NCBI RefSeq assembly: GCF_009834535.1
Contig: NC_045697.1
Span: forward strand, 38,442,001 to 38,506,000
Length of the DNA stretch: 64,000 nucleotides
Source of the DNA: Camelus ferus
Taxonomy: Eukaryota
Reading direction: 5' to 3'
Below the pieces are notes generated by a model. That model saw only the letters and a list, made by a program, of their open reading frames with translations. It had not been told where the DNA came from and searched no databases. This document shows, piece by piece, positions 50,305 to 62,559 of the stretch; the stretch's first letter is position 1; every line of letters starts with the position of its first letter. Made by a program: the position numbers and the translations under genes.

Positions 50305-50395
50305 GTTTTTTTTAATGCAGGTACTGGGAATTGAAACCAGGACCTCATGTATGCTAAGCGTGCACTCTACCACTGAGATTTTTTTCCCTCCCCGC
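50305..50395 (-). mobile_element. tRNA-derived SINE (Vic-1-like)
   Basis: aggtactgggaattgaaaccaggacctcatgtatgctaagcgtgcactctaccactgag. Confidence 0.85.
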
Positions 50396-50478
50396 AAGAC
50401 AACAGAGTTTTGCTGTAAGATGGAGCAGAGAAATGGGACCAAAGCTATAAAAGAAAGCAAGTGTTAAGAAAGGTAATT

Positions 50479-50553
50479 GTTTTTTTAATTGAAGTACAGT
50501 CAGTTACAATGTGTCAGTTTCTTGTGTACAGCACAATGTCCCAGTCATGCATA
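50479..50553 (-). mobile_element. Ultra-short young L1 tail
   Basis: attgaagtacagtcagttacaatgtgtcag, nearly identical to 58779-58845. TSD taagaaaggtaatt/taagaaagttattt. Confidence 0.85.
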
Positions 50554-52652
50554 TAAGAAAGTTATTTTTTTAAGATGGGAAATGTAGGATGTTTCTATGC
50601 TCTCATATGTGCCAGTGGATACCTAAGTAGAGTGGGAAAATAAATGAGGCAGGAGAAATGGGAAGAACTGCTGGAGGCTTCCCCTCGAATGGTTAAGAGT
50701 GGTTGGGGTCTGGCACAAAGTGGAGGGGTTGGTCTTAGGGAAATGGACGGGTCATCCATAGTAATAGGAGGGAAAAGGGAATACCGTATGTGGGTGGTCC
50801 CAGCTACAGGTGGGTGACTAGTACAGTGGTGAGAGCTCGTGGCCCGTCTCTTCTGGTTGCCTCTCTTCCATCAGCTGAGAGTAAGAGAGTGGGGAGGCCC
50901 TGTTGGATGTTGGAGGAAAGGGGATAAGCTGCAGAACAGTTGTCCAGGATGGTGAAGAATGGACGGTATGGTCGTATCTTAGGATTGTGACTGTACTAAG
51001 TGCTCTGTTGCTTGAAGTTCGTGATCATGAATTAAAAATTTGACTAGTCATTCTAGTTAACTGTATTTTCTCTAGCCATGTTCAAAAACACTGGTACTGT
51101 TGTGGAAGAGGTAATGATTAGGTTTTACTGGATTTGGTGATTTGACCCGTGAATAGGATGAAACGAGAAGAGGGCTAAGGAGGTGAAGGTGTGTAGAAGG
51201 AAGGGATGATTATGAAAGACCATGGATCTATCTTGCTGGCTAAGAAGAAACCTGAGGACGAGAAAATAGTGAATGATGGTGAAAACGGTATGGGGTCAAC
51301 GGCTTGCAGGTATAGTGGGGACAAGGAATTGTTAGAGATGTTTGGAGGGAAAAAAGGAAGTGATAGAGGATTAGGTGGAGGGGGTTGCTGTTATTTATAA
51401 TTTAAGAGAAGCAGTGTTTTAATTTTTGATTTGATTTTTAGTTGGCAATTTTAAAAGAATTATCTCTTTGGCCTGCTTTCCCCTCTGTTGTTAACATTCT
51501 GTAAACCAATGCTTAAATTTCTCCGAGAGCTCTAAAATGAAAATATTTATGTGTATGTTTAGTTTTCAAAAAGAAAGTTTTTTAAAACCATTGATGGTTG
51601 CTGGTTTTTGCTGCTTCTTTAAAATATTTTTAAAATGCCCTTTGGCAAATCCAATGAATTTAGATTTTCCTGTTTGAAGTTCTGGTGCTTTAAGCTAGCT
51701 TTGCACATTGACTTGACAAATGTTTTACTGCAGCATATGTAGAGTGCACAGTGAAGTTTCTTTGAAATTGAAGTAGAATTATCTGGCATCTAAAGCATAA
51801 TGTGAAAAACAGTAAGGACTTAAGGTTTTCTGGTAGAGCAATGTGATAGATTTTGCTATGAGCAGGTTGTAATATAAACTCTGCCTTGATTTTTCATATT
51901 TTCATATATGAAATTTTGAAAAAATTTTTAGTTTTTCATTTTCACATATGATGCCATAAGTTCAGTGTTAACTCTTTACGTGCATCTAAGTATATAAATT
52001 TGGTAAAAAATGTAAGGAACTATTACTATGACCTTGGGAAATTCTACAAAGCGTGATCAACTTTAAAAAGAATATTAATTACTGAGGCTTATTCTGACCT
52101 ACTCTTTAAGAATAATTTTAGTTGTCACAGATTTAGAGCACTGTTGCTTCATTTTTAATAACCGATATAATTAACTCTTCTTCCACTTAATAAGAATGAG
52201 AACTTGAGGTGTCAACAGGATAATTCCCAGGGGTTGACAGCTTGTTTCCCAGGAGACCTCCTCTTTTAAACTTGATGCTGCCACCAGTAGCTATTCTTTA
52301 CCAAGGTAAACAGCATGAACTCTCTGCTGAATTCCTGCGCTGTTAATTACATTAGAAACATCATTTGCATAGATTCGATGACCATTCATTGAGGAACAGG
52401 TAGCTGTTTAGTTTCACTTGAAGGTATAGGTAACTGTGGGGTTCTGTCTGAATCATCAAAGTCTTCTTTGAGAACTTGGTCCTCCATCTGTCATGAGTAC
52501 CATAGGTACCTTTAGAGTCACATGGCAGACTTTGGGTAGGCTGGACTTGTATATTTGCTAGTGATTATCTTATTCAAGTACCATTTTTAGGGCCAGGATC
52601 TGACATTAGTATTTGATGTTTTCTGTTTCCTCTGGCTCCTTTATTTTTCCAG

Positions 52653-52727
52653 ATGAAGTTAGATCTTATAAAATAGTGCTTTTTGGGGACATACTTTGAT
52701 AATGTACTCACCTGTCTTTCGTCTAAG
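52653..52727 (+). other. Candidate non-coding (5' UTR) internal exon, 75 nt
   Basis: Long polypyrimidine tract ending ttttccAG and donor AAG|GTATGC in repeat-free sequence. Stops in all three frames. Confidence 0.35.
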
Positions 52728-53459
52728 GTATGCCTTGGCCAAAACCACACTTTCCCCAAATGAAAAGTAGATATGTTCATGGCTTAAGGCACAGTGTCCT
52801 TCAGCTGCCCTCACTGGACATTTAAGGTTTTGGCATGTTGACTGTTCCGAAATGGCCAGTTTCCATGACTCCCAGTGTCCTTTGATGGTTTTACCCTAAT
52901 GAGACCTGGCTCTCTTTCCTGTGACTTAACATGCTCAAGAAAGGAGGCTCTGTGTGGGTTAGCAGACATCGAGACTTCTGCAGGCCAAGCCAGCAGAGTT
53001 CAATTTGTCACTTAATTGGGCTAAATTAAGTGAGCAACATGCTGGAAGTGGGACAGACTGGCCAACTGTACATCATACAATGCTGCATGTGTTGCTGTGG
53101 ACTAACTCCGAAATGGCCATGTCTCCCTGTTAGCAGAGCCTATTGAAATAAGATGCTGGAGAAATCATATGTCTGTGTCATTTTTGGCATCAGACGTTAG
53201 TTCTTGGAAACCAGTTGTGTGGTGTGTTTCCAACCAAATTATTTCTAGAAAATGAATGAGTTTTTTTTTAAAAGAAGAGACATCATTGTTTAATTTTAAT
53301 GTCAGAATGAACCTTGCTTGACTATCATAAATAGCTAAATCTAATCATTGATTTACTCAGCTTTAAGCAGCCCTATATACAAATTGTCCCCAAGTTAATT
53401 ATAAAAAAAGTGTGATGTTTTAGTGACAAGAAGTAAACAGTTATAGAATTAAAGGAGTT

Positions 53460-54128
53460 AAATTTTTTAAATCGATGTATAGTTGTTGTACAATATGAGT
53501 TACAGGGGCACAATATAGTGATTCGCAATTTTTAAGTTATACTCCACATATAAAATATTGGCTATCTTCCTGTTGTGCAATATAGCCTTGTAGCTTCTTT
53601 TATACCTAATAATTTGTACCTCTTACTTTCCTACCCCTGTATTGCCCCTCCCTTCTTCCCTCTCCCCATTGATAACCACTAGTTTGTTCTCTATACCTGT
53701 GATTCTGCTTCTACTGTTATATTCATTAGTTTGTTGTATTTTCTAGATTCCACATATAAGTGATATACAGTATTTGTCTTTCTCTGTCTGACTTATTTCA
53801 TTTAGCATGATGCCCTCCAAGTCCATCCATGCTGCTGCACATAGTAAAATCTTGTTCTTTTTTAAGACTGAATAGTATTCTATTGTATGAATACCACATC
53901 ATCTTTACCCATTCATCTACTGATGGACACTTAGGTTGCTTCCATATCTTGACAATTGTAAATAATGTTGCTATGAACTTTGGGGTGCACATATCTTTTC
54001 AAATTAGTGTTTTTGTTTTTTTCAGGTAAATACCCAGGATTGGAATTGCTGGGTCATATGGTAGTTCTACTTTTAGTTTTTAGGGAAACCTCCATACTAT
54101 TTTCCACAGTGGCTGCACCAATTTACAA
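53460..54128 (-). mobile_element. L1 3' end
   Basis: ORF 53798..53992 contains CTPKFIATLFTIVKIWKQPKCPS. Confidence 0.9.
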
Positions 54129-54210
54129 ATTTAAATTAGTAGTAAGTTAGTAAATTTTTGCTACTTCCTCCCACAAACATATTAGTATGAAAGATTTAGG
54201 GCTTTCCTAT

Positions 54211-54578
54211 TGTTGTGGGTTGAATTATGTCCCTACCAAAATTCACATGTTGAAGTCCTAACCCCTAGTATCTCAGAATGTGATGCTATTTGGAGATTAA
54301 GTCTTTATAGAGGTAATTGAGTTAAAATGAGGTTGGGCCCTAATCCAGTATTAGTATCCTTATAAGAAAAGCAAAATCGGACTCAGACACACACAGAGGA
54401 AGACAATGTGAAGACACAGGGGAAAGATAGCCATGGATAAGCCAAGGAGAGATTCCAGAAGAAATCAACCCTGCCTTGATTATGGGCTTCCAGCTTCCAC
54501 AACTGTGAGAAAATAGTTTTTTTGTTGTTTAAGCCTCACAGTGGGACTGTGTTACAGGAGCTCCAGCACACCGGCACA
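54211..54578 (+). mobile_element. MLT1B-like MaLR solo LTR (second copy)
   Basis: tgttgtgggttgaattatgtccctaccaaaattcacatgttgaagtcctaacccc start. Collinear with 31595-31972. Confidence 0.9.
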
Positions 54579-55059
54579 CGTGTCACGTGTGAGCAAAAGG
54601 ATAAAACACAAGATTTCATAGATAAATTAGTAAATGCGAATTTTAAAACCTTAAGTTAGATTATACATGATCTGAGTGGGGAAAACCAAGGCTTATCCCC
54701 CCTGTCGCCAGTGCCAGAGCCCCAGCTGAGATGGGGGAGCACAAAGTACAGTAGAAAACCATGAGATTTTTAGATCTGGAAAGGAAGGACCTTAGGCACC
54801 ATCTCTTGCAGCCTCCTTATTTATAGAGGAGGAAACCAACACCAGGAGCACATGGAGGGTTCATTCAGGGCTGCACAGTTAGTTACGGGCACATCTGTGC
54901 CCAGGTACCTCCCTTTCTGGTTCAGGCCATGCCCACCTCCTTCTCTTCCCAATGCTGTGTGTGTATACACATCAGCAGGTTCTGCTGTTTTGGTATTTTT
55001 GATTTAGAAAAGCAACCTGTTTTTCTTTCTCCCTTACTCCTGTCCTTTTTTGTGTGTGT

Positions 55060-56165
55060 TAAGAATATTTTTCTATATACAAAAAAGCATAAAGATAATA
55101 TAATAATTACCTTGTGCATCCACCACCTACTTGAACCTGTTAAAATATTACAAATCAAGTTAAAGCCCCTTCTCTGGTCATATTTCCCTCCCTTCCCCTA
55201 GAGATGACTAGTTCTCCCATGTATTTTTGTACTTTTATCAAAAATGAATGTATTACTCTATGTATAAAGCAGGTAAACAACAAAGACCTACTTATAACAC
55301 AGGGAACTGTATTCAGTTTCTTGTAATAACCTATAATGGAAAAGAATCTGAAAAGAAAAAAGAATATGTATGTATATGTATAACTGATTCGCTTTGCTAT
55401 ACACCTGAAACTAACATTGTAAATCAAATACACTTCAATAAAAAATTTAAAAAATTTTAAATGAATTTATTACTAAACAATAAATAGTGTCATTATACAT
55501 ATATTAAACATTACATAAAAGATATCATGTCAAATATATCCTCAATTTGTTGTTTTTTTTTTAAGTTTTCTTTGTGGGAGGAGGTAGTTAGGTCTATTTA
55601 TTCTTTTTAAAGGAGGTGCTGTGGATTGGACCCCAGACCTCATGCATGCTAGGCACGTGCTCTACCACTTGAGCTATCCCCTCGCCCTCAGTTTGTTTTT
55701 ATCCCGCTCAGTGTCGCTTATGAGGTCTGTCCTTGTTGCTGTATGCGTTGCTCCATTGCGTTCATTCCCACTGCGGTCTAGGTGTCCTTGTTATGACTGT
55801 GCTATGTTTCTCTATCCTCCTGCTTATATTTAGGCTGTTCTATTTCGTTCAGAAATGCTGCTGCTGTAAGTAGTCTTACGTATGTTTCCTTGTGCATAAA
55901 CGTCCCACGTGTGAAAGTTTATTTAGCGTAGGCATCTGTGGGTGGAATTGCTAGATCATGGGTTGTGTACATGTTCAGTCTCTGCAGATACTGCCCAATT
56001 GCGCTGCAAAGTGACAGTACTGGTTTACACTCCTCCTTAATAGTGTGAGGTCCTGTTCCACATCCTTGCCGGCAGTGGTTGGTGTCAGTTGAATGCATTT
56101 TAATTTCTCTAATTGTTAATGAACATTAACATCTTTCCCATGTTTATTGGCCACTTGGGTTTTTG
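55060..56165 (-). mobile_element. Old L1 3' fragment with nested young L1 tail (55258-55458, +) and SINE (about 55550-55686, -)
   Basis: Nested L1 TSD aaatgaat(g/t)tattact at 55242-55257 and 55459-55474. SINE TSD cctca(a/g)tttgtt. Confidence 0.75.
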
Positions 56166-56539
56166 AAGTGTATCTTTTATTTTCTTTCTCTAATCAGAGT
56201 CCCAGGACCACAACAGGAGGAGTGGTCCACTGCCCATTTCTTCATTTTAAAAAGGCAGAAACGAAAGAAAACACTAGAAAAATGTAGTGACTAGTTCATC
56301 ATCCCCAAATAGATGAAAAAACTCCCACAAAAACAGTCCACTTTTCTTTCTCTTATACCAAAGAGTCAAATCATGTGTTTGGCTGAACTACTTTTTTTGG
56401 TGTCGTTAAGAACAGAGTCCAGAGCTAAAGAGATGGATCAGAAGAGTTTAATTGGTGAGTGTGTGAGGATTACATATATGCTTTTGTTGGATCAGAATTT
56501 TTTGCAAACCCGAATCATCACCTCCTTGTTGAAAACCGT

Positions 56540-57020
56540 GTAGGCTCCCCATTGCTTGCTGGAAAGTCAAGACCATTTAACCCAGTCTGCGGGATCGGGC
56601 CCCTCCTGTCTCTTCAGGCTCTCCTGGGTCCCTCCTTGCCTCTCCTCCAGCCACACAGGCTTTCTTTTGTCTTCACACTCGCCCAGCCCCCTTCCTCCGT
56701 GGGGCCCTTAGTTCTCCCTACCTGCAGCTCTCAGCTCTGTCACTTCCGCAGGGAAGCCTTCCTGGACTTTCCTACTAGACCGCATCCCTGCTTTACGCTC
56801 ACAAGGCCATCTGCCTTTCAGAGCACTCAGCCACAGTTGTAGATGTTCATTTATGTGTATGATTATTTGTTAAGGTCTCTCTTCCCCGTCCATCCTCAAG
56901 TCTCATGAAGTCAGGGACTGTTTTCGCTCACTCACCATTCCATTCCTAGTTTTTAGCAGTGAGCCTGATATATGGTTGGAACTCAGTAGCTATTTGTAGA
57001 ATAAGTGAATGAATAAATGG
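56540..57020 (+). mobile_element. L2 3' end
   Basis: Ends actcagtagctatttgtagaataagtgaatgaataaatg. Confidence 0.75.
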
Positions 57021-58749
57021 TCAGAGTCTTTAAGAAGTTCATCTTACCTAACTCCCTGGAGGAAAACTGTATCTAATTGGGCTCACACATTTCCTTCTCG
57101 GTCTAGCCCTGTGCTGCATTCCTCAGGAAAAGAGCAATACCAGATGGGCTGTATTAAAGACCAACATTCATGCCTCAAAGGATATGGCAAGGGGATAGAC
57201 AGAAGAGGAGAAAAGGGGGGAAAATGATTTAGCCATTGGGAGGGGGCATGCTGGATCAATAGTTCCCTAATCAGGCAGCCCTCAGAATGGGCCATGTGAA
57301 CTTTGAGGGGTTCCAGTGCAGCTGGCTGGCTGGATTTTGTTACATTAATCCTTAAAGAATAATGGAACTCCTGGCAGAGTCGAAATGGTGAGCGCCTATG
57401 TCCAACTCTAAACCTTGCTTTTATTATTAGGTTTTCTATTCCATGTCTTTTGTAATCTCAGCATTACCTAAAATAGAGGAGGAGACATCGCTACCTTTTT
57501 GAAGGCATATCCACAATTCTTAAAACATTAAATAGCTATAATTGTTCTCTGTTCTTAATTCACCATCAAAAGAAATACATTCTCCTTGAACTGTTCACTA
57601 AGCAATCGGTAGTCAACACGTATTTTCAAGATAGATGATAATGAATTGTCATATTTTTCTGTTTATCTTTGGTATCTATTTCTTGGGCAGGGAGTTAAGA
57701 ACTTCTGCAAGTCTTCACTTTGCTCACAGCCTTGGGAACTCAGAATTCTCAGCGGAACACACTCTTTGAGCTCTATGTTTTCACTAAAAGCAAAGGGCAA
57801 CTCTGATGTTGCAAGAATGCCGAGGATGAACCTTGAAGCTAATTAAACAAAACCATCTGCCCCCAAGTAATGTCTTATGTTATAGAATAGAAGATATTTG
57901 CCTGTAGTATATTATTAATCTTTCAGAGGACTCTTTAAGGTAGTTATTATGAGCATCCAGTTATTTTGATTTTTGACGAAGTAAAAATAACTGAAACAGG
58001 GAGCTTGAGTTGTTTCATGTATTAGGAGCGAAGTGCACACTTAAATCGGTTTTCATTTTTAATTAAATAATGGAACCTACTAATGTGTAATTAAAGGACC
58101 TACCTCATGTGAGGTAACAGAAGTAAGTATACAGGTTTAGAGCTTGCCTCCCACATAATAAGCTCTATGTTGAGTGTTACTTATTATTTATTGTTATTAC
58201 TATTATCTGATGCCTTTCACTATAGCAAACCTACGTAGTCTTTTTCAGTGAAGAGAGAGCATCCTTTCCAACCTTTAATACCTTTGTTTTCTGTCAAAAT
58301 GTATAGAGTCTGAACATGAACTAGAATATGATTCTAAATGTGGAATATCTGTGGTATTTGCTGGACATTATTACATCTGATCCTAATCCCTTCCTTCCAT
58401 TGCTGATACTCTGCAAATCCATCCCCAGAAAATTGAATTCTTTCTTCTGAGCTTTGGGCGAGTGTTTCCAAGTCATCCTTCTTGTGACCTCTGACTTCCT
58501 TTGGGGTTCTTTTTCTAACACCAAGCTCTTATCCTCATTAAAACCTACTTTCTGGAAAGTTGCTGTGTGTTATGCTGAAGTTACTATGTTAGAGCTTGGT
58601 CTCTCTAGGCGGACTGTCAGACCAGAGTGAAAAGGTGTGTTGGGCATTTTTCTGAGCCGCTTCCTTTCTGACCTCCCAGTTGGGAGCTTGGATGCAGAGG
58701 CCAACTTTCCCTGCAAGTCTGGGATTCTTGTCTTTTTAAAGCTCTTTAT

Positions 58750-59544
58750 TTTTTATTTTATTTAAAAAATTTTTTTTTATTGAAGTACAGTCAGTTACAA
58801 TGTGTCAGTTTCTGGGGTACAGCACAATGTCCTAGTCATGCATATACATATAGATACTCATTTTCATATTCTTTTTCATTAAAGGTTATTACAAGATATT
58901 GAATATAGTTCCCTGTGCTATACAGAAGAAACTTGGGTTTTTTAAAAATCTATTTTTATGTATAGTGGCTAACATTTGCGAATCTCAAACTCCTAAGTTT
59001 ATCCCTTCCCACCCCTTTCCCGGTAACCATAAGATTGTTTACTACGTCTGTGAATCTGTTTCTGTTTTGTAGACGAGTTCATAGTGTCCTTTTTCTTTCA
59101 TTTTTTTTAGATTCCACATATGAGTGATAGCATATGGTATTTTTCTTTCTCTTTCTGGCTTACTTCACTCAGAATGACGATCTCTAGGTCCATCCATGTT
59201 GCTGCAAATGGCACTTTTTCATTCTTTTTGTGGCTGAGTAGTATTCCATTGTATAAATATACCACAGCTTCTTTATTCAGTCATTGGTCGATGAACATTT
59301 AGGTTGCTTCCGTGTTTTGGCTATTGTATATAGTGCTCCTATGAACATTGGGGTGTGTGTATCTTTTTGAATTAGAGTTCCCTCTGGATATATGCCCAGG
59401 AGTGGGATTGCTGGATCATATGATAAGTCTGTTTTTAGTTTTTTGAAGAATCTCCATACTGTTTTCCACAGTGGCTGCACCAAACTGCATTCCCTTCAGC
59501 AGTGTAGGAAGGTTCCCTTTTCTCCACATCCTCTGCATTATTTA
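58750..59544 (-). mobile_element. Young L1 3' end with TSD
   Basis: ORF 59277..59483 reads [36 protein letters not shown] ttaaagct(c/g)tttat at 58736-58749 and 59545-59558. Confidence 0.92.
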
Positions 59545-60344
59545 TTAAAGCTGTTTATAATTTCATTTGTCCCCAGGCCACACATCTTCAAGCCAAACCA
59601 TCTCTGTCCTTTCAACTTCTGCTGGAGGTGGGAAGGGCCTGTGGGATCCTCAGAATTCTAAACTGTAAATAGCCAAAAGCACGGTGAGAGGAGACATGAA
59701 GTTCATGTCTCAAGAGTGGATCCTACTCTGCAGAATTAAAAAAATGAAACTCTGGAGACCGCTAGTATTTAAAAGCACTTGTCCTTATTGAAGGAGATCT
59801 ATGTTTTTCTCTACCTTTCTGACACTGTCAGTCTGAATAGTGTATCTGGAAAGTTCCTGGGCTGGCAAGATGGATTTACTCCAATCTGCAAACCTTTTCA
59901 GTGTTAGTTGTGTGGAAATTTTCTCATTAGCCTTAAGAAAGCTATTTTATAGTCAGAGCAGGTCACATAGTTCCCCAAAGCAAATAGTAGGCCAGCTTAT
60001 CTGAGTGCAAGAAGGGAAATCATTATTCTTTTTTCCTCTTTTTTCTTGGTTCCTCTGTAATAGATTGCCCTTTAATAATCAGATCTCATTTGAGTTGTAC
60101 AAGAACATGAGAACTTTTAATGAACACCATTGAACTATGAAGGTTTTCCTTGTGGAAAAGCACAAATATATTTACTAGAAAACCACAAGGCATATTTAAG
60201 GCCAAGCTCTGTTTTCACACTAAGGCTATGCAATGTAAGATAATAGTGCCTTGGGTGGTACCAGAGATAATTGGTGAAACTTGCCAACCATGCACATGAA
60301 TTTCTAGAGGAGGCAGTGGACATAATATTTGAAGAGCAACAGTG

Positions 60345-60530
60345 GCTAAGTCAGACGGCCTGGCCACTTACTGTATGACCTTGGACAGGTTATTACCCTC
60401 TTAGTGCCTCCATATCTCCCCTCTGTACAATGGGGGCAGTGATAGCACCCACTTTACAGGGTTATTGCTTTTTGATAATGCACTCAACAGTGTCCGGCAC
60501 ATATTTCGTAAATTTTAGTGACTGTTATTC
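60345..60530 (+). mobile_element. MIR
   Basis: ccacttactgtatgaccttggacaggttattaccctcttagtgcctc is MIR-core-like. Confidence 0.7.
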
Positions 60531-61239
60531 CTTTTCTTCTCTTTTCTTGTTTCTAAACCTATACTTTTTTCCATCTCTTCTTTCCTCTTTCCAGTTTTCC
60601 AACTTCTCATTTCTTTAGCTTTTGGTTTTCCCAGGGCCCACCAGCCCTGGCAGTCCTTTTGGTCCATTCAGGGCTCCCTCTAGTAGTGAAAATGGGGTGT
60701 CCTTTTCATTTATGGAGTTTCCAGTTTAGAGCCTAGTCTTCAGATCATCCAATCCAGATATGTATTCTACTTTTGGGAAGGTGAACACAAATGTTGTCAT
60801 TGCTGAGATGGGCATTTACTGCTGGGAGGCAAGATGAAAATGGATTGATATAGGTGATGGGCTTGACACATTGTATATGGTTTTTTTTCTTCTCAGGGAG
60901 GTACCTACATTTTTGTCCAAGCTAAGATTCAAACATTAGATCATTGCTAGTTTCTTGCCAAATTTTTAGTCTTATTTAACAAAAGGAGCCATAAAACCAC
61001 TATGTATTTAGATCCCCAGACTGTGTTAGACCTAAGGATGTTGAAAATCCTGTTGCCTTGGATGACTGCTTATTTTTGAAGCTTTCAGAAGGAAAAGGTC
61101 CCTTTTCTGTTTGTTTTAGATGGAATACAGGAAAAACAGTAAACAAGTTAATCCAGAGCACTTCCTTTTGGTTAAAATGGGCTAATTAACTTAATTGCTT
61201 GCCTGCCTGCTACCTTTTTTCAATTACAAAGGGAAAAAT

Positions 61240-62530
61240 ACTACATTTACAGTTGAGAAACATGGGAGACACCACCTTAACTAAGTGATCAAGATTAAGA
61301 CCTCCAGGAGTGTAAATTGGTGCAGCAACTATGGAAAACAACATGGAGGTTCCTTAAAAAAAACTGAAAATAGAGTTGCCGTATGACCCAGCAATCCCAC
61401 TCCTGGGCATATATCCAGAGAAATTTGTAACTCGAAAAGATACATGCATGCTTGTGTTCACAGCAGCACTATTTACAACAGCCAAGACATGGAAGCAACC
61501 CAAATGTCCATTGACAGATGACTGGATAAAGAAGATGCGATATATATACACAATGAACTACTACTTAGCCATAAAAAAAGAATGAAATAATGCCATTTAT
61601 GGCAACATGGAGGGACCTAGAGATTATTATACTAAATGAAGTAAGTCACATAGAGAAGGACAAATATATGATATCACTTACATGTGGAATCTAAAATATG
61701 ATACAAATGAACTTATTTACAAAACAGAAGTAGACTCACAGACATAGAAAACAAACTTATAGTTACCAAACGGGAAAGAGGGTGAGGAGGGGTAAATTAG
61801 GAGTTTGGGATTAGCAGATACACACTACTATATATAAAGTAGATAAACAACAAGGTCCTACTGTATAGCATGGGGAACTATATTCAATGTCCTGTAATAA
61901 ACTGTAATGGAAAAGAATGTGAAAAAGAATATAAGAATATATATACATATTTGAATCACTTTGCTGTACACCAGAAACTAACACATTGTAAATCAACCAT
62001 ACTTTAATTAAAAAAAAAAGAGATCAACACCACCCAAAATACAATATATTAATATCCTTGATATGGTGCACTTTGAAGGACACACATCGTTTCTCTGGTA
62101 TTTTTGCAAAAATGCATAACCTCAATCCAATCATGAGAAAATATCAGACAAACTCAAATTGGGAGGATATACCAAATACTGTGACTTGACTGGTACTCAT
62201 CCCAGGTATCAAAGTATGAAAGATAAGGAAAGACTGAGGATCTGTCTCAGATTGGAGATTAAGGAGCCGTAACAACTAAACGGAGTGTGGGATCCTGGAT
62301 TGGATCCTGGAACAGAAACGCGTCTTCAGGGGCAAAACTGGTGAAGCTTGAATAAAGCCAATAGTTTCGTTAAGAGTATTATAGCAATGTTAACTTTCTG
62401 GCTTTGCTAATTGTGCTGTGATTGTGTATGTTGTTGATGTTAGAGAAAACGGAGTGAAAGGTATGTATGCACTGTAAAATTCTTGCAGCACTTGTGTAAA
62501 TTTAAAATTATTTCAAAATTAAATATGAAA
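61240..62530 (+). mobile_element. Older L1MC-like 3' UTR interrupted by a young L1 3' end (about 61306-62019)
   Basis: ORF 61376..61585 contains [13 protein letters not shown]...KTWKQPKCP. Poly-A at about 62010. Flanks resemble an L1MC 3' UTR (gggatcctggattggatcctggaacaga). Confidence 0.85.
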
Positions 62531-62559
62531 AAGAAGGAATTAAAATACCATAGGTAAAT

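Larger units (their letters stand above)
48886..51400 (-). mobile_element. Long L2 fragment with nested SINE and L1 tail
   Basis: Starts with the L2 3' microsatellite ttcattcattcaacaattatttattg and continues as purine-rich L2 ORF2 antisense. Confidence 0.8.

Noticed and set aside
54010..54030. AG|GTAAA recursive-splice-like site
   Set aside because: It lies within an antisense L1 and is explained by T-rich L1 sequence with point mutations.
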